Assembly (NCBI GenBank): GCA_965219085.1
Contig: OZ244720.1
Coordinates: 768,001 to 832,000, forward strand
DNA: 64,000 nt
Reading direction: 5' to 3'
From: Dehalococcoidia bacterium
GTDB lineage: Bacteria > Chloroflexota > Dehalococcoidia > UBA2979
Shown here: positions 1 to 12,429 of the stretch, piece after piece
Layout: each line of letters starts with the position of its first letter
How positions within the stretch are numbered: position 1 is the first letter of the stretch
Made by a program: the position numbers and the translations under genes
Notes under the pieces: generated by a model
The model's database searches: none
What the model saw: only the letters and a program-made list of their open reading frames with translations
What the model was told of the DNA's origin: nothing

Positions 1-59
1 GCGCCGGCCCGGGTCCGAGGCTCGCGCCAGCATGCCCGCGCACGCCTCGCGCTCCCCAG

Positions 60-880
60 CTCCCGCGCCCTCAGCGCCCCCGAGCTACGCTGAGCGACGG
101 CTCATGGCTCCGGCCGGCGAACACCGACACACCTGCCGAACTCTCCGGCATACCGGCATCCCGCCCCCTCAAGCCTCGATCGGTGTATTCGGGCTTAGCA
201 GCACAGCTCCAGCAGCGCGCTCGACCGGCGTCGCGAGGCGAGTGGCATCCGCGCACGCGGCGGCCAGCGCCGAGGCGCGGGCGCCCGCTCCGCGCTCCGG
301 CACGCGCAGCCGGTCGGCCCTGACGACCATCTCCGCGAGGTAGGTCCGCGTGTAGGCCGCGCCCGAGGCCTCGGAGTCGCCCATCGTCATCTCGAGGAAA
401 CCCCTGAGCGTCGTCCTGAGCGACTGGGGCGCGCCGATGCACCGCAGGTAGTCGCCGAAGGTCTCCTCCCCGTCGAGCTCCGCGAGGCGGCTCCCGCTGG
501 CGAAACCGAGGGACTGCCGCTCGGCGAACAGCCCCCGGAACAGCCGGGCGGCGGGCCGGGGCGCACGGCGTGAGAGCAGGCCCAACGCCCGCTGCCGGGA
601 GGTTGCGGAGCAGGTTGGCCGGGGAGAGGCGGGGCGTCATCGTCACCCAGCGGCCGCCGCGGTACCAGCCGAGCCGCATCTTCGACGGAAGGAGCGGCAG
701 ACCGAGTTCGCCGCAGATGCGGAAGGCGACATCGTAGGAGGAGCAGAAGAAGTCGGCGCCGGTGTCGATGGAGAAGCCGTGCACCTCGTCGCTGCGGAGG
801 CGCCCGCCCACTCGGTCGCCAGCCTCGAGCAGGAGCACTTCGAGACCGCGCCGCCTGAGGGTGTAGGCGGCGGCCAGCCC
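60..880 (-). pseudogene. Decayed FAD-dependent oxidoreductase (amine oxidase / protoporphyrinogen oxidase-like)
   Basis: Minus strand reads GLAAAYTLRRRGLEVLLLEAGDRVGGRLRS...IDTGADFF, a dinucleotide-binding motif lacking its first GxG and a start codon. The homologous reading continues in another frame (ORF 169..585) after a frameshift near 590. Confidence 0.75.
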
Positions 881-945
881 ACATACAGCGAGTGTATCTG
901 CGAGCGGGTATCAATCTATACGACCTCTCGACCGACTGCCCCCTG

Positions 946-2655
946 CTATTCCCTATCCTTCAGGAAGTCTGACAGGCCGTCCATAGTGATCGTGGCCCGG
1001 CCGCCAGTTGCATGATAGAAATTGCTGGCTCCCTGGAGCAACATGTGGTCACGATCACCTGGGTGGCTTTGCCAGGATACGTCGTAGCTCAAGCGGTCCA
1101 ATATCGCGGGGGTCGCCGAATAATCCGTACCGACCAGCAAGACTACTGCAGCGCGAAAGTCCTTCTGAGCCTTGGAAGTCTCGGGAACTCGTGGCCCATG
1201 CTCAGCGATGATGTCATCAATCGTATACGCCTCGAACCCACTGGCGGTGAACACACGATACCCATTGTCATCCTCAATGACATTGCCTTCCTCGCCCCAC
1301 AGCCATTCGCCGTTCACCGCAATTCGGAAGTCCGGGACGTCCTCTGGAGGTATGAGGCCCGCCAGATACAACTCTATGGGGCAGTACACGTAGAGACTTG
1401 GGCTGAATTCGTGTGAATACCTCCCGTCACCGAGATCTATCATCGTGGAAATGTTATACCCGTCCAGAATGCAGTGGTCGTTGATGAATCCCCAATGTGG
1501 ATAGGGTGGCACGACGAAGTTCGCCCACCGATGCATTAACTCGTGGAGAAGAACACCATTGACAAAGTCTCCCCCCCAACTGTAATCGTAAGTATTAATG
1601 TAGATCACACCCTGAAGCTCTTTCGCGGACTCCCATCTCTGGCCTTCGGCGAAAATCAGCTGCCCAACTCCCTTTACATCGTTCTTTACCCCAACGTAGT
1701 AGGCACCGTGAGGAACACCCGGCTCAAGCCGGTCACTGGTCAAGTTGGCCACAAATACTAGAAAATCGAACTCATCGTTGAAGTATTCATAGAAACGTGC
1801 TGCGTATTCTGTCAACGGCACATCACGTCCACCATAGGCGAGGTCTTCCTCGACGGGTAGGACGAACACATTGTCGTTGTATATCTGCGGGCCTGCAACA
1901 GCGATAGACGGAGGGACGGGCGTGGGCGTGGGCGTAGGGACGGGTGTGGGCGTTGCAGCAGGGACGGGCGTGGCCGTGGGCGTAGGGACGGGTGTGGGCG
2001 TTGCAGCAGGGACGGGCGTGGCCGTGGGCGTCAGCGTTGGTTCTGGCGTGGGAGTTGCGGTCGGGCGTGCCGTGGGCGTAGGGACGGGTGTAGGCGTTGC
2101 AGCAGGGACGGGCGTGGCCGTGGGCGTCAGCGTTGGTTCTGGCGTGGGAGTTGCGGTCGGGCGTGCCGTGGGCGTAGGGACGGGTGTAGGCGTTGCAGCA
2201 GGGACGGGCGTGGCCGTGGAGGTCGGGACAGCGGTGGGCCTTGCAGTAGGTACGGGCGTGGCCGTGGGCGTCAGCGTTGGTTCTGGCGTGGGAGTTGCGG
2301 TCGGAGTGGCGGTCGGCGCGGTCGGTGTCGGGGTCGGCGTGTCGGTCGGGATGGGCGTAGGAGTCGGCGTTGCCGTAGATGCAGCGGTCGGTGTGTCGAT
2401 TGGTGAGGGCGTGGGGGTCGCCGTTGCGGTCGGTGTCGGTTCGCGGGTAGTCGCCTCGGTGGGCGTCACAAGGGGGGCTGACGCTTCCTCCGACTCGGAC
2501 CTACAGGCGACAGCGACGAGCACGAGCAAGACGCCCACCAGACCAGGGACGGAACGTACCGCTAGAGTTCGTAGCGGCGAACTCCCCGGGCGGGGGCGTG
2601 GCTTCGCCAGTTGTATCTTCGCCCCAAGCATTCGACGGGCCTGTTGGCTCCTCAT
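946..2655 (-). CDS. Putative lipoprotein with Pro/Thr-rich stalk and C-terminal HExxH zinc-metallopeptidase-like domain
   Basis: Hydrophobic stretch ending VAVAC (lipobox-like), about 190 aa of P/T repeats, and LLHELMHRW. Start overlaps the stop of the upstream gene (2652-2655); the true start may lie further in. Confidence 0.8.
   Translation of the reverse strand: MRSQQARRMLGAKIQLAKPRPRPGSSPLRTLAVRSVPGLVGVLLVLVAVACRSESEEASAPLVTPTEATTREPTPTATATPTPSPIDTPTAASTATPTPTPIPTDTPTPTPTAPTATPTATPTPEPTLTPTATPVPTARPTAVPTSTATPVPAATPTPVPTPTARPTATPTPEPTLTPTATPVPAATPTPVPTPTARPTATPTPEPTLTPTATPVPAATPTPVPTPTATPVPAATPTPVPTPTPTPVPPSIAVAGPQIYNDNVFVLPVEEDLAYGGRDVPLTEYAARFYEYFNDEFDFLVFVANLTSDRLEPGVPHGAYYVGVKNDVKGVGQLIFAEGQRWESAKELQGVIYINTYDYSWGGDFVNGVLLHELMHRWANFVVPPYPHWGFINDHCILDGYNISTMIDLGDGRYSHEFSPSLYVYCPIELYLAGLIPPEDVPDFRIAVNGEWLWGEEGNVIEDDNGYRVFTASGFEAYTIDDIIAEHGPRVPETSKAQKDFRAAVVLLVGTDYSATPAILDRLSYDVSWQSHPGDRDHMLLQGASNFYHATGGRATITMDGLSDFLKDRE
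1915..2310. repeat. Coding tandem repeats (about 96-bp period) for the Pro/Thr stalk
   Basis: Unit cgtgggcgtagggacgggtgtaggcgttgcagcagggacggg... recurs at 2071 and 2167, with partial copies on both sides. Confidence 0.85.
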
Positions 2656-4685
2656 CCCTCGACCTTTGGATTAGGTGGGTTAGCTTGGTCATAATTGCTG
2701 CTGCCCCAGCATCCGACGGCGCCGTCGGTCCTCACCCCGCAGGTGTGGAGCCACCCGGCGCTGACCGAAGTGAACTCCCCCGGCGGTGGCGTGGCTTGAC
2801 CAACAACATTGCCGCCGAAATCATCATTGGAGCCCCAGCATTCGACGGCGCCGTCGGTCCTCACCCCGCAGCTGTGGAGCGCCCCGGCGCTGACCGAGGC
2901 GAACTCCCTCGGCGGTGGAGTGGCCTGGCCAACAACATTGCCGTCCTCATCCTCGTTTAACCCCCAGCATTGGACGGAGCCGTCGATGCTTACCCCGCAG
3001 GTGTGGAACCACCCGGCGCTGACCGAGGCGAACTCCCCGGACGGCGGCGTGGCCTGACCAACTACATTGCCGTCATCATCCTCGTTGAGTCCCCAGCATT
3101 CGACGGCGCCGTCGGTCCTCACGCCGCAGGTGTGGAGCGCCCCGGCGCTGACCGAGGCGAACTCCCCGGACGGCGGCGTGGCCTGGCCAGCAACATTGCC
3201 GTCCGGATCCTCGTTGAATCCCCAGCATTCGACGGAGCCGTCGATGCTTACCCCGCAGGTGTGGAACGCCCCGGCGCTGACCGAGGCGAAGGAACCTCCG
3301 GGCGGCGTGGCTTGACCATCCTCGTTTAACCCCCAGCATTCGACGGCGCCGTCGGTCCTCACCCCGCAGGTGTGGGCGGCCCCGGCGCTGACCGAGGCGA
3401 ACTCCCCGGACGGCGGCGTGGCTTGACCATCCTTGTTGAATCCCCAGCACTCGACGGCGCCGTCGATACTTACCCCGCAGGTGTGGAACACCCCGGCGCT
3501 GACCGAGATGAACTCCGCTTGCGCCGCTCTGGCATCTCTTCGCGGAGCCGTCAGCCCGCGGGCCTGTTTACCCCAGCATTCGACGGAGCCGTCGGTCCTC
3601 ACACCGCAGGTGTGTCTGTCCCCCGCGCTGACCGAGGCGAACTCCCCGGACGGCGGCGTGGCATACACGCTGGACCCCCAGCATTGGACGGAGCCGTCTG
3701 CCCTCACCCCGCAGGTGTGGCCACCCCCGGCGCTGACCGAGGAGAATTCCCCCGACGGCGGGGTGGCTTGACCAACAGTATTGGCTCCCCAGCATTCGAC
3801 GGAGCCGTCGGTCCTCACCCCGCAGGTGTGGAATAATCCAGCGCTGACCGAGGCGAACTCCCCGGACGGGGGCGCGGCCTGTCCATGTCCGTCCCAGCCC
3901 CAGCACTGGACGGAGCCGTCGGTCCTCACCCCGCAGGTGCGGCCACCCCAGGCGCTGACCGAGGCGAACTCGCCGGACGGCGGCGTGGCCTCGCCATACA
4001 CGCTGGACCCCCAGCATTGGACGGAGCCGTCTGCCCTCACCCCGCAGGTGTGGCCACCCCCGGCGCTGACTGAGGAGAATTCCCCGGACGGCGGGGTGGC
4101 CTGCCCAGATCTGTCCGAGCCCCAGCATTCGACGGAGCCGTCGGTCCTCACTCCGCAGGTGTGGTGGTTACCCGCGCTGACGGAGACAAACTCTCCGGAC
4201 GGGGGCGTGGCCTGGCCTAATGAATCGCTGCCCCAGCATTCTACGGAACCATCCCCCCTCACCCCGCAGGTGTGTCCTTCCCCCGCGCTGACGGAGGCGA
4301 ACTCCCGGGCGGACCTGGTCTTTGGTGCGGCGGCAGTCGCCGTGGCTGCGGGCGTTGCCGCTTCCGGTGCGGCGGCAGTCGCCGTGGCTGCGGGCGTTGC
4401 CGCTTCCGGTGCGGTGGCAGTCGCCGTGGCCGCGGGCGTTGCCGGGGTGGTTGGAAGAGCGGTAGGGGTGGGCGTTGCGGCTTCCGGTGCGGCGGTGTTT
4501 GTCACAGCCGATGTGGGAGCATGTGTTGGCTCAGGATTGGCCCCCTGCTCCGATGAGGTATTGGTCCTAGAATCGGCCCCGTTTGAGGGAATGGGATCTG
4601 GCTCATCAGAACACCCGACTAGCAGAATGGCGAGTGCCACGATGCCTAACAGCAGTCTGATGATCGCCTCTGACACTGCTTTCAC
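2652..4685 (-). CDS. RCC1-repeat (beta-propeller) lipoprotein
   Basis: Lipobox LLVGC, Ala/Thr/Pro linker, then about 14 repeats of [24 protein letters not shown]. Likely start is GTG 4685 or 4676 after AAGGA; the ORF is open to 4745. Confidence 0.9.
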   Translation of the reverse strand: MKAVSEAIIRLLLGIVALAILLVGCSDEPDPIPSNGADSRTNTSSEQGANPEPTHAPTSAVTNTAAPEAATPTPTALPTTPATPAATATATAPEAATPAATATAAAPEAATPAATATAAAPKTRSAREFASVSAGEGHTCGVRGDGSVECWGSDSLGQATPPSGEFVSVSAGNHHTCGVRTDGSVECWGSDRSGQATPPSGEFSSVSAGGGHTCGVRADGSVQCWGSSVYGEATPPSGEFASVSAWGGRTCGVRTDGSVQCWGWDGHGQAAPPSGEFASVSAGLFHTCGVRTDGSVECWGANTVGQATPPSGEFSSVSAGGGHTCGVRADGSVQCWGSSVYATPPSGEFASVSAGDRHTCGVRTDGSVECWGKQARGLTAPRRDARAAQAEFISVSAGVFHTCGVSIDGAVECWGFNKDGQATPPSGEFASVSAGAAHTCGVRTDGAVECWGLNEDGQATPPGGSFASVSAGAFHTCGVSIDGSVECWGFNEDPDGNVAGQATPPSGEFASVSAGALHTCGVRTDGAVECWGLNEDDDGNVVGQATPPSGEFASVSAGWFHTCGVSIDGSVQCWGLNEDEDGNVVGQATPPPREFASVSAGALHSCGVRTDGAVECWGSNDDFGGNVVGQATPPPGEFTSVSAGWLHTCGVRTDGAVGCWGSSNYDQANPPNPKVEG

Positions 4686-4769
4686 GTCCTTAGTTTCGCT
4701 CACCTTCAAGCTCGTTCTCGTACAGGAGAACGTAGCGAGTGACACGCATGCCTATGATCCTCCTCATGC

Positions 4770-7700
4770 CTACCAGAACCCGCCGAGGATCCCGATGATG
4801 GCGCTCACCACGTCGCGCACGGCCCCGCCGATGTCGCCGAGGACGCCCCCAACAGCGGCAACCGTCGAGAACACCGCGTCAACCCCGAGGATGACGGTGT
4901 CGGCAACCAGTTCGGCGAGGTTGCAGACCAGGTCGGGATTCAGTTCGCACACCGCCGCCGCGACCAGGTTGACGAGGTCGCCCAGCGTGTCGGGCAGTGT
5001 TCCGCTCAACTGGTTGTCGTGCAGGGCGAGAATCTGCAGGTTGAAGAGCTTGCCCAGCTCGGGAGGCACCTCACCTTCAAGCTCGTTCTCGTACAGGAAC
5101 AGGGTTTCCAGCTTTGTGAGGTCGCCCACCTCGGGCGGAATCTCCCCGGAGAGCTCGTTCGCCTGGAGGGCCAGCACGTTCAGGCTGGAGAGCTTGCCCA
5201 GCTCCGGCGGTATCTTGCCGCTCAACTTGTTGTCGCCGAGCAGCAACAGCTCGAGGTTTGGGAGGTTGCCGAGTTCCGCGGGTATCCCGCCACTCAGCTC
5301 GTTGCCGGCGAGGAGCAGGCGGACCAGGTTGGAGAGCTTGCCGAGCTCCGCCGGGATCGCCCCGCTCAACTGGTTGTCATTGAGGTACAGCGCCTCCAGC
5401 TGCTCGAGGTCGGCCAGATCCGCGGGGAGTGCCCCGCTGAGCTGGTTGTCGCTGAGCTCGAGCTCGGTCACATGACCATTGCTATCGGTGGTGACGCCGT
5501 ACCACGAGGCGAGCGGGGCATCGCTCGCCCAGTTCGTGCGGTTCCGCCAGTGCCCGCCGTCCGTCGTGTTGTAGAGCGCGACGAGCGCGTCCCGCTGTGG
5601 CGACGCGGGGACGGCCCCGGTCTCACGGACCAGCGGCACCTCGATGATCGTGCTCTGGAGCCATTGGTTCACCCTTGCGGTCGTCGGGAAGAAGCGCGCC
5701 GGTGGGAGGACGCGCTCGCCCTCAACGGGGTTGAACCCGAACTCGATCCGTCCGTCCGCACGGAGCCGGGCGGTAATCCGGCCGACCATTTCTCCGTCCG
5801 ACGCCACTTCGGACGAGATCAGCCAGCGGCCCACCCGCGCATCAGTGGGGAAGAGGCGCCGGGTCGGCAGGATCAGCGCCTCGCCCTCGGGGCGGAAGCC
5901 GAACTCGACCTGGCCGGTGCTCAAGCGTCGCGCCAGGATCCGCCCCTCGACGCTCGCGGCCTCGCCTGTCTCGAGGCTTCCGGCGTGGGCCGCCGACGAG
6001 ATCGCGGGCACGGCGCCGATGAGCAGCGCGGGCGTGCCACTGTCGATCCCGGAGCAACCGAAGCTGTTGCAGGCGACGACCCAGTAGTAGTTGCGGCTGG
6101 CATTGGGGTCGGCGTGCGTGTAGCTGGCGCCGGTGAGGCCGGTCGCGAGCTCGTCGCAGAAGGAGGGGCGGCCGAAGCTGATGCGGCAACTCGATCCGAA
6201 GAAGTCGTCGTAGTAGACGGTGTAGGAGGCGGCGTCGGGGGAGGCGTCCCAGCTGACGGCGACCGTCGAGCCGTCATGTTCGTAGCGCTGGTTGGCGGGG
6301 GCCTGCGGCGGCGCGCCGGCGAGCTGGGCGGGGTTGGCGCTGTCGATCTCCGAGCAGCCGTAGTTGTTGCAGGCGACGACCCAGTAGTAGTTGTCGTTCC
6401 TATCGGGGCTGGTGTGGGTGTAGCTGGCGCCGGTGAGGTCGGTGGCGAGTTCCTCGCAGAAGCTCCGGCGGCCGAAGCTGATGTTGCAGCTGGAGGAGTG
6501 GAAGTCGTCGTAGTAGACGGTGTAGCTGTCGGCCCCCGGGGAGGCGTCCCACGTGACGACGATGGCCGAGCCGTCGTACTCGTAGCGCTGGTTGGCGGGG
6601 GCCTGCGGCGGTGCGCCGCCGAGCGCGGCGGGGTTGGCGCTGTCGATCCCGGAGCAGCCGTAGTCGTTGCAGGCGACCACCCAGTAGTAGTTGTCGTTCC
6701 TATCGGGGCTGGCGTGGGTGTAGCTGGCGCCGGTGAGGCCGGTCGCGAGTTCCTCGCAGAAGCTCGGGCGGCCGAAGCTGATGTTGCAGCTGGAGGAGTG
6801 GAAGTCGTCGTAGTAGACGGTGTAGCTGTCGGCCCCCGGGGAGGCGTCCCACGTGACGACGATGGCCGAGCCGTCGTACTCGTAGCGCTGGTTGGCGGGG
6901 GCCTGCGGCGGTGCGCCGCCGAGCGCGGCGGGGTTGGCGCTGTCGATCCCGGAGCAGCCGTAGTCGTTGCAGGCGACCACCCAGTAGTAGTTGTCGTTCC
7001 TATCGGGGCTGGCGTGGGTGTAGCTGGCGCCGGTGAGGCCGGTCGCGAGTTCCTCGCAGAAGCTCGGGCGGCCGAAGCTGATGTTGCAGCTGGAGGAGTG
7101 GAAGTCGTCGTAGTAGACGGTGTAGCTGTCGGCCCCCGGGGAGGCGTCCCACGTGACGACGATGGCCGAGCCCTCGTACTCGTAGCGCTGGTTGGCGGGG
7201 GCCTGCGGCGGCGCGCCGGCGAGCTGGGCGGGGTTGGCGCTGTCGATCTCCGAGCAGCCGTAGTTGTTGCAGGCGACGACCCAGTAGTAGTTGCGGCTCG
7301 CATTGGGGTCGGCGTGCGTGTAGTTGGTGCCGACCAGGTCGGTGGCGAGTTCCTCGCAGAAGCTCGGGCGGCCGAAGCTGATGTTGCAGCTGGAGGCGAA
7401 GAAGTCGTCGTAGTAGACGGTGTAGGAGTCCGCATCCGCCGAGGCGTCCCAGGTGAGGGCGATGGCCGAGCCGTCGTACTCGTAGCGCTGGTTGGCGGGG
7501 GCCTGCGGCGGTGCGCCGCCGAGCCGGGCGGAGTTGGCGCTGTCGATCTCGGAGCAGCCGTAGTTGTTGCAGGCGACGACCCAGTAGTAGTTGTCGTCGT
7601 CGGGGCTGGTGTGGGTGTAGCTGGCGCCGGTGAGGCCGGTCGCGAGCTCCTCGCAGAAGCTCGGGCGGCCGAAGCTGATGTTGCAGCTGGAGGCGAAGAA

Positions 7701-9905
7701 GTCGTCGTAGTAGACGGTGTAGGAGTCCGCATCCGCCGAGGCGTCCCAGGTGAGGGCGATGGCCGAGCCGTCGTACTCGTAGCGCTGGTTGGCGGGGGCC
7801 TGCGGCGGTGCGCCGCCGAGCCGGGCGGGGTTGGCGCTGTCGATCCCGGAGCAGCCGTAGCTGTTGCAGGCGACGACCCAGTAGTAGTTGTCGTCCCTAT
7901 CGGGGCTGGTGTGGGTGTAGCTCGTTCCCCTGAGGTCGGTAGCCAGCTCCTCGCAGAAGCTCGGGCGGCCGAAGCTGATGTTGCAGCTCGAGGCGAAGAA
8001 GTCGTCGTAGTAGAGGGTGTAGCTGTCGGCCCCCGAGGAGGCGTCCCAACTGACGACGATGGCCGAGCCGTCGTACTCGTAGCGTTGATTGGCCGGGGTG
8101 TCGGGGGGTGTCCTCGCGCTCTCGGGAGATGGGATGACTTCCAGGGGCAGATCCTGCGAGCTTTCGAGTGCGTAGCCGCTGTGGTCGCGCGGCAGCGACG
8201 GCAGGGCGCCGATGTCGACGGCGACGGCGGATGTCGCCGGCTCCGTTCCTGAAACGGTGAGGGGTTCGCTCTCCAGCCTGCCGGCAGCGATCGTGATGGT
8301 CGTCGCGCCGCCCTCGATCACCCCGTTGGTGGCGATCACGGGGAGCACGACCGTGAACGGCGCTCCAGTCGGCGCGACCGCCTTGAACTGGCGATCCCCC
8401 ACACTCTCCAGGGAGACCGCGACAGGCAGTGGATCGACCGTGTTGGCCCCCACACGGAGCGTTCCCAGCTTCGTCAGTCCGCCGAAGATGCCGTCAGGCA
8501 ACGCGGGCAACAGGTTGTTCCGCAGATCGAGTGTTGTGAGCCTGATCAATTCGTCAAAGATGCCGCCGGGCAGGGTGCGCAATTGGTTGTTCTGCAGATC
8601 GAGTGTTGTGAGCACAATCAACTCGTCAAAGATGCCGTCTGGCAGCTGGGCCAATGAGTTCCCGCTGAGATAGAGGGCTCCGAGCGCGGTCAACTCGTCA
8701 AGGACTCCCGCCTGCAGCGTGGTCAACTCGTTGTCGTCAAGACGGAGAGCCTGCAGCGCGGTCAGCTCGTCGAACACGCCGTCCGGCAGAACGGTCAGCT
8801 GGTTACAATCGAGGCGGAGCAGTGTCAGGCGGGTCAACGAATCGAAGTCGTCGTCGGACACGCTGCTCAGCTCGTTGGAGTTGAGACCTAGCGCTACCAG
8901 CGCAGTCAGTTCGTCGAAGATGCCGTCTGGGAGGTTCTGCAACTGGTTGTTGTCCAGGCGGAGGTTCTTGAGCGAAGGCAGCCCGTCGAAGATGCCCTCA
9001 GGGAGGCTGCTCAGGTGGTTGTCCATCAAGGAGAGGGCCTCAAGCGAGATGAGCCCGTCAAAGTCGTGGACGCGCAGGCCTGTGATGCCCGCATCGTTCA
9101 GGTCGAGCGTCTCGACCGCCGCCAGGTGGGCCTCAGTGACATCGGCGCAAGCACTCACGGGCGATGCCGCCACAATCGCGTTGCGTACCTCGGGCGTGCG
9201 GTCACAGACCCCGGCGACCGCTTCCGCACTTGGCGTCGGCGTGGGAGTGGGCGTCGGCGTGGGAGTGGGCGTCGGCGTGGGAGTGGGCGTCGGCGTGGGA
9301 GTGGGCGTCGGCGTGGGAGTGGGCGTCGGCGTGGGAGTGGGCGTCGGCGTGGGAGTGGGCGTCGGCGTGGGAGTGGGCGTCGGCGTGGGAGTGGGCGTCG
9401 GCGTGGGAGTGGGCGTCGGCGTGGGAGTGGGCGTCGGCGTGGGAGTGGGCGTCGGCGTGGGTGTGGGTGTCGGTGTGGGTGTCGGTGTGGGTGTCGGTGT
9501 GGGTGTCGGTGTGGGTGTCGGTGTGGGTGTCGGCTCGGTTGAGTCGCCAGCGGTCTCGATGAGCCAGGTTCCATCGCCCTGTGCGCTCGCCACAAAGTTG
9601 TAGACCACACCGTTGATGGTCGAGTCCTCGATTGTGATGCTGTTCCCGCTGGTGAAGAAAAGGAAACGTCCACGCCCGGACGCGTCAACCGAGAACTCGA
9701 AGCTAGTACCCGGGTAGGTGCAGTTCTCGCCGGATTCGACGATCAGGCCAGCGTGGCACTCTCCTTGCGTGCCCTGAGCGCCCACATGTGCGCCCCCGGC
9801 CACGACGGGGAGGAGGACAGCGACAACAATCACCAGCATCCAGCCCAGGCGTCGGCCGGCAGCCAGCGAAGTTCGCCTGGCGCCGGGACTGGTCCAACTG
9901 GGCAT
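4770..9905 (-). CDS. Large secreted mosaic protein: (PT)n linker, LRR block 1, seven four-Cys FN3-like repeats, duplicated RIEFG domain, plant-type LRR block 2, hydrophobic tail
   Basis: Signal peptide [21 protein letters not shown]. LRRs of type [12 protein letters not shown], and a second set [12 protein letters not shown] with the N-cap [14 protein letters not shown]. Start placed at ATG 9905 because the extension to 10391 is an off-frame overlap of the upstream gene. Confidence 0.88.
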   Translation of the reverse strand: MPSWTSPGARRTSLAAGRRLGWMLVIVVAVLLPVVAGGAHVGAQGTQGECHAGLIVESGENCTYPGTSFEFSVDASGRGRFLFFTSGNSITIEDSTINGVVYNFVASAQGDGTWLIETAGDSTEPTPTPTPTPTPTPTPTPTPTPTPTPTPTPTPTPTPTPTPTPTPTPTPTPTPTPTPTPTPTPTPTPTPTPTPTPTPTPTPTPTPTPTPTPTPTPTPTPTPTPSAEAVAGVCDRTPEVRNAIVAASPVSACADVTEAHLAAVETLDLNDAGITGLRVHDFDGLISLEALSLMDNHLSSLPEGIFDGLPSLKNLRLDNNQLQNLPDGIFDELTALVALGLNSNELSSVSDDDFDSLTRLTLLRLDCNQLTVLPDGVFDELTALQALRLDDNELTTLQAGVLDELTALGALYLSGNSLAQLPDGIFDELIVLTTLDLQNNQLRTLPGGIFDELIRLTTLDLRNNLLPALPDGIFGGLTKLGTLRVGANTVDPLPVAVSLESVGDRQFKAVAPTGAPFTVVLPVIATNGVIEGGATTITIAAGRLESEPLTVSGTEPATSAVAVDIGALPSLPRDHSGYALESSQDLPLEVIPSPESARTPPDTPANQRYEYDGSAIVVSWDASSGADSYTLYYDDFFASSCNISFGRPSFCEELATDLRGTSYTHTSPDRDDNYYWVVACNSYGCSGIDSANPARLGGAPPQAPANQRYEYDGSAIALTWDASADADSYTVYYDDFFASSCNISFGRPSFCEELATGLTGASYTHTSPDDDNYYWVVACNNYGCSEIDSANSARLGGAPPQAPANQRYEYDGSAIALTWDASADADSYTVYYDDFFASSCNISFGRPSFCEELATDLVGTNYTHADPNASRNYYWVVACNNYGCSEIDSANPAQLAGAPPQAPANQRYEYEGSAIVVTWDASPGADSYTVYYDDFHSSSCNISFGRPSFCEELATGLTGASYTHASPDRNDNYYWVVACNDYGCSGIDSANPAALGGAPPQAPANQRYEYDGSAIVVTWDASPGADSYTVYYDDFHSSSCNISFGRPSFCEELATGLTGASYTHASPDRNDNYYWVVACNDYGCSGIDSANPAALGGAPPQAPANQRYEYDGSAIVVTWDASPGADSYTVYYDDFHSSSCNISFGRRSFCEELATDLTGASYTHTSPDRNDNYYWVVACNNYGCSEIDSANPAQLAGAPPQAPANQRYEHDGSTVAVSWDASPDAASYTVYYDDFFGSSCRISFGRPSFCDELATGLTGASYTHADPNASRNYYWVVACNSFGCSGIDSGTPALLIGAVPAISSAAHAGSLETGEAASVEGRILARRLSTGQVEFGFRPEGEALILPTRRLFPTDARVGRWLISSEVASDGEMVGRITARLRADGRIEFGFNPVEGERVLPPARFFPTTARVNQWLQSTIIEVPLVRETGAVPASPQRDALVALYNTTDGGHWRNRTNWASDAPLASWYGVTTDSNGHVTELELSDNQLSGALPADLADLEQLEALYLNDNQLSGAIPAELGKLSNLVRLLLAGNELSGGIPAELGNLPNLELLLLGDNKLSGKIPPELGKLSSLNVLALQANELSGEIPPEVGDLTKLETLFLYENELEGEVPPELGKLFNLQILALHDNQLSGTLPDTLGDLVNLVAAAVCELNPDLVCNLAELVADTVILGVDAVFSTVAAVGGVLGDIGGAVRDVVSAIIGILGGFW
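6030..8110 (-). repeat. Seven tandem ~300-bp coding repeats (100-aa FN3-like unit with four Cys)
   Basis: Unit [24 protein letters not shown]...YYDDF..SSC....PSFCEELAT...[16 protein letters not shown]. Central units are nearly identical at DNA level (compare lines 6601-6900 and 6901-7200). Confidence 0.95.
9231..9533. repeat. Pure (Pro-Thr) tract of about 50 units, made of an 18-bp and a 12-bp array
   Basis: (ggcgtcggcgtgggagtg)n followed by (ggtgtcggtgtg)n. Confidence 0.95.
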
Positions 9906-9987
9906 CACGATGGTCCCAAACTTCTCTGCGTTTCTTCGCGTGAATGTCCTCTCCCTCGCCCGAGGACTCTCATCAGCGATGGTCTCA

Positions 9988-12429
9988 TCAGGGGGCGACC
10001 CGGGCGGGGTTGGCGCTGTCGATCTCGGAGCAGCCGAAGCGGTTGCAGGCCACGACCCAGTAGTAGTTGTCCCTGGCATCCGGATCGGCGTGCGTAAACG
10101 TTGTGACAGTGAGGTCGGTGGCGAGTTCATCGCAGAAGCTCGGGCCGCCGAAGTACAGGCTGCAACTCGAGCCGGAAAAGTCGTCGTAGTAGACCGTGTA
10201 GGAATCGGCGTCCGAGGTCGCACCCCAGGTGAGGACGATCGCCGCGCCGTCGTACTCGTAGCGTTGATTGGCGGGGGCGTCAGGCGGGGAGCCGCCGAGC
10301 TGGGCCGGGTTGGTGCTGTCGATCGCGGAGCAGCCGAAGCGGTTGCAGGCCACGACCCAGTAATAGTGCTCGTCGGGGTCGGGCCGGACATGGGTGTAGC
10401 TGGCGCCGCTCAGGTTGGTAGCCAGTTCCTCGCAGAAGCTGGGGCCGCGCGAGCCGAGCCGGCAATTCGAGTCGAAGAAGTCGTCGTAGTAGACCGTGTA
10501 GGAACCGGCGCCCGAGGACGCGTCCCAGCTGAGGACGACAGCGGCGCCGTCGTACTCGAAGCGCTGATTGGCCGGCGGTTCGGGCGGGGAGCCGCTCGGC
10601 GTCGCCGGTTGGGCGTTGGTAGCCCCGTCGGCTCGCACGTACCGACCGTGCGCGGCGTCGTACACGTACTCGCCGACACTTGTCGGCTCAGACTCGTCGA
10701 AGAAGCGAAGGTGGGTGATTTGCCGACCGCCCCACGAGGACCAGGATGAGGTGCGCTTCTGGCAGACCCGTTCGGATGTGAAGTTCGTGAGTCGGCCCAG
10801 GTCCTGAGTCTTGATGTAGATGCGGCTGCCACGCTCCGCCTCGGCACCGGCGAACTCGCAGCCCTTCACGGTACCGAGCAGCACGTACGTGACCACGCCC
10901 GCATTGGAATCCGTCGTGTACCTCGAAGGCACCCCCCAGACGCTGCCTCCGGTCCGCAGGGTCACGGCGGTGTACCCGGCGGGCGTCGAGGCCTCGAAGT
11001 CGATGCGTTGGGCGGACGGGGCCTCGGGTGGCGTGTCGGCACCCGAGGCTCGCGCGTCGGTGACCTCGCCGGTGTCGGGAGCCCTGGTGTCGGGGGCGTC
11101 ACCCATCGCAGTGACCGTGAGGGTGTAGGAGCCTGTAGCGCTGGCCCAGCCTGCCACCGCAACGTAGTGAGTACCGGACTCGGCGGCCGTCCAGCTGATG
11201 CGTGACCCGAAGGATTCCCCGCCGTCGTCGTCGAAGTCCAACTGCCGCGAATCGGAGTCATACAGGGCCGCAACCGAGTCGTCCAGAGTTCCCAGATCCA
11301 CGTCGATCCGGTACGTCTGTCCGCGCTCCGCAGCGAAGGCGAAGTAGTCGACGTCTCTCCCGTGGCCCACCATACCGGTCACTGCATCCCCGACCGTTGC
11401 GAAGGTGGCCTCGTCGGCTGAGTCTCCGTGGTCGTCCCTGGTGTCTGGAGCCCTGGTGTCGGGGGCGTCACGGATCGCAGTGACCGTGGGGCGTGGGGCG
11501 ACAGGAACCGGGGCGACCCCCTCAGACAGGTCGTCCTCGTCCTCAAACAGGTCGTCTTCGTCAGCTGAGGCGGTCACGATGACGAAGTCCCCGTCAAGCT
11601 CGACGTCATCGATGTCAAACTCGAACGAGCTGTCCTCCTCGAGCTGGCTTTCCAGCTCGTCCATCTCAGACTCGGCAGTCCGTTCGTTGCGAAACAGGGC
11701 CGCGATTGTGATCTCGACCAGGTAGTCACTATCGCCTCTGCGGAGCGATACGCCGGCGGCACGGCAGCCACGGATTTCGTAGCCCAGGCATTCCTCCTGT
11801 GCGGAGGAGATCCAGCCTTCCCCTGCTCTCTTCAGAGCCCTTCCCAAGTCGCTGTCCGCGTCGTCCAACAGGGATCCGGAGCCGCTGTCGAGCATCCTCA
11901 ACACGCGCTTGACGGCCTCGGCATCTCCAATGACCATCCGACCTCGGTCCTCAAAGAGCGCGACCGACTCGTGGCGCCACGCTGCTCCCTCCCACAGTTC
12001 GGACCCCCGGTACTGGTCGTCGTCATAGTCGCCGTCCTCGAGTTGGTCCCTGACGTGCAAAAAATCGATGTCGCCCTCAACCACGAGCAGATGCCAATCA
12101 TCCCCGGAGGCGACGACAAGCGTCGTGAGCTCGTCCGTCAGGACTCCCATCTCCTCAAGGCCGTACTCGCTCAAGTCTTCAAATTCGTCCCTGAGTGCTC
12201 TGGGTGCTCTGGGTGCTTCTTCTCGCCTAATCTGATCGAGGTCATAGACCACGACGTTTTCGGAATCGGCGGGGACGAGCGCCAGGATCGCGGCCGACTC
12301 GGAGCTTCCACCTCCTCCTGTCGCGCACGCTTGTACGAACGCGGCCGCGAGGAGCAAAGCGGCAAGGAAGCGCAGGGACGGGACCTGTGAACCCGCGTCG
12401 TGCCCTGTTGCCATGGTGGTCATCGGCAT
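9988..12429 (-). CDS. Putative lipoprotein with acidic N-domain, PPC (pre-peptidase C-terminal) domain and two four-Cys FN3-like repeats
   Basis: Lipobox AFVQAC; PPC signature DDHGDS..AT....DVDYFAF...GTHYVAV...TGSYTLTV; two C-terminal copies of the repeat found in the downstream gene. Confidence 0.85.
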   Translation of the reverse strand: MPMTTMATGHDAGSQVPSLRFLAALLLAAAFVQACATGGGGSSESAAILALVPADSENVVVYDLDQIRREEAPRAPRALRDEFEDLSEYGLEEMGVLTDELTTLVVASGDDWHLLVVEGDIDFLHVRDQLEDGDYDDDQYRGSELWEGAAWRHESVALFEDRGRMVIGDAEAVKRVLRMLDSGSGSLLDDADSDLGRALKRAGEGWISSAQEECLGYEIRGCRAAGVSLRRGDSDYLVEITIAALFRNERTAESEMDELESQLEEDSSFEFDIDDVELDGDFVIVTASADEDDLFEDEDDLSEGVAPVPVAPRPTVTAIRDAPDTRAPDTRDDHGDSADEATFATVGDAVTGMVGHGRDVDYFAFAAERGQTYRIDVDLGTLDDSVAALYDSDSRQLDFDDDGGESFGSRISWTAAESGTHYVAVAGWASATGSYTLTVTAMGDAPDTRAPDTGEVTDARASGADTPPEAPSAQRIDFEASTPAGYTAVTLRTGGSVWGVPSRYTTDSNAGVVTYVLLGTVKGCEFAGAEAERGSRIYIKTQDLGRLTNFTSERVCQKRTSSWSSWGGRQITHLRFFDESEPTSVGEYVYDAAHGRYVRADGATNAQPATPSGSPPEPPANQRFEYDGAAVVLSWDASSGAGSYTVYYDDFFDSNCRLGSRGPSFCEELATNLSGASYTHVRPDPDEHYYWVVACNRFGCSAIDSTNPAQLGGSPPDAPANQRYEYDGAAIVLTWGATSDADSYTVYYDDFSGSSCSLYFGGPSFCDELATDLTVTTFTHADPDARDNYYWVVACNRFGCSEIDSANPARVAP

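Noticed and set aside
2700-8110. Regular DNA repeats resembling a CRISPR array or diversity-generating retroelement repeats
   Set aside because: They are in-frame RCC1 and FN3-like coding repeats with no unique spacers, cas genes or reverse transcriptase in the window.
5019-8252. Long plus-strand ORF (1077 aa) and similar antisense ORFs such as 35131..37260, 43984..46509 and 59023..60870 on minus
   Set aside because: Shadow frames of GC-rich genes; the opposite strand carries the recognisable domains.
9906-10391. N-terminal extension of the 1873-aa ORF
   Set aside because: Off-frame reading of the upstream gene's repeats; the signal peptide begins after 9905.
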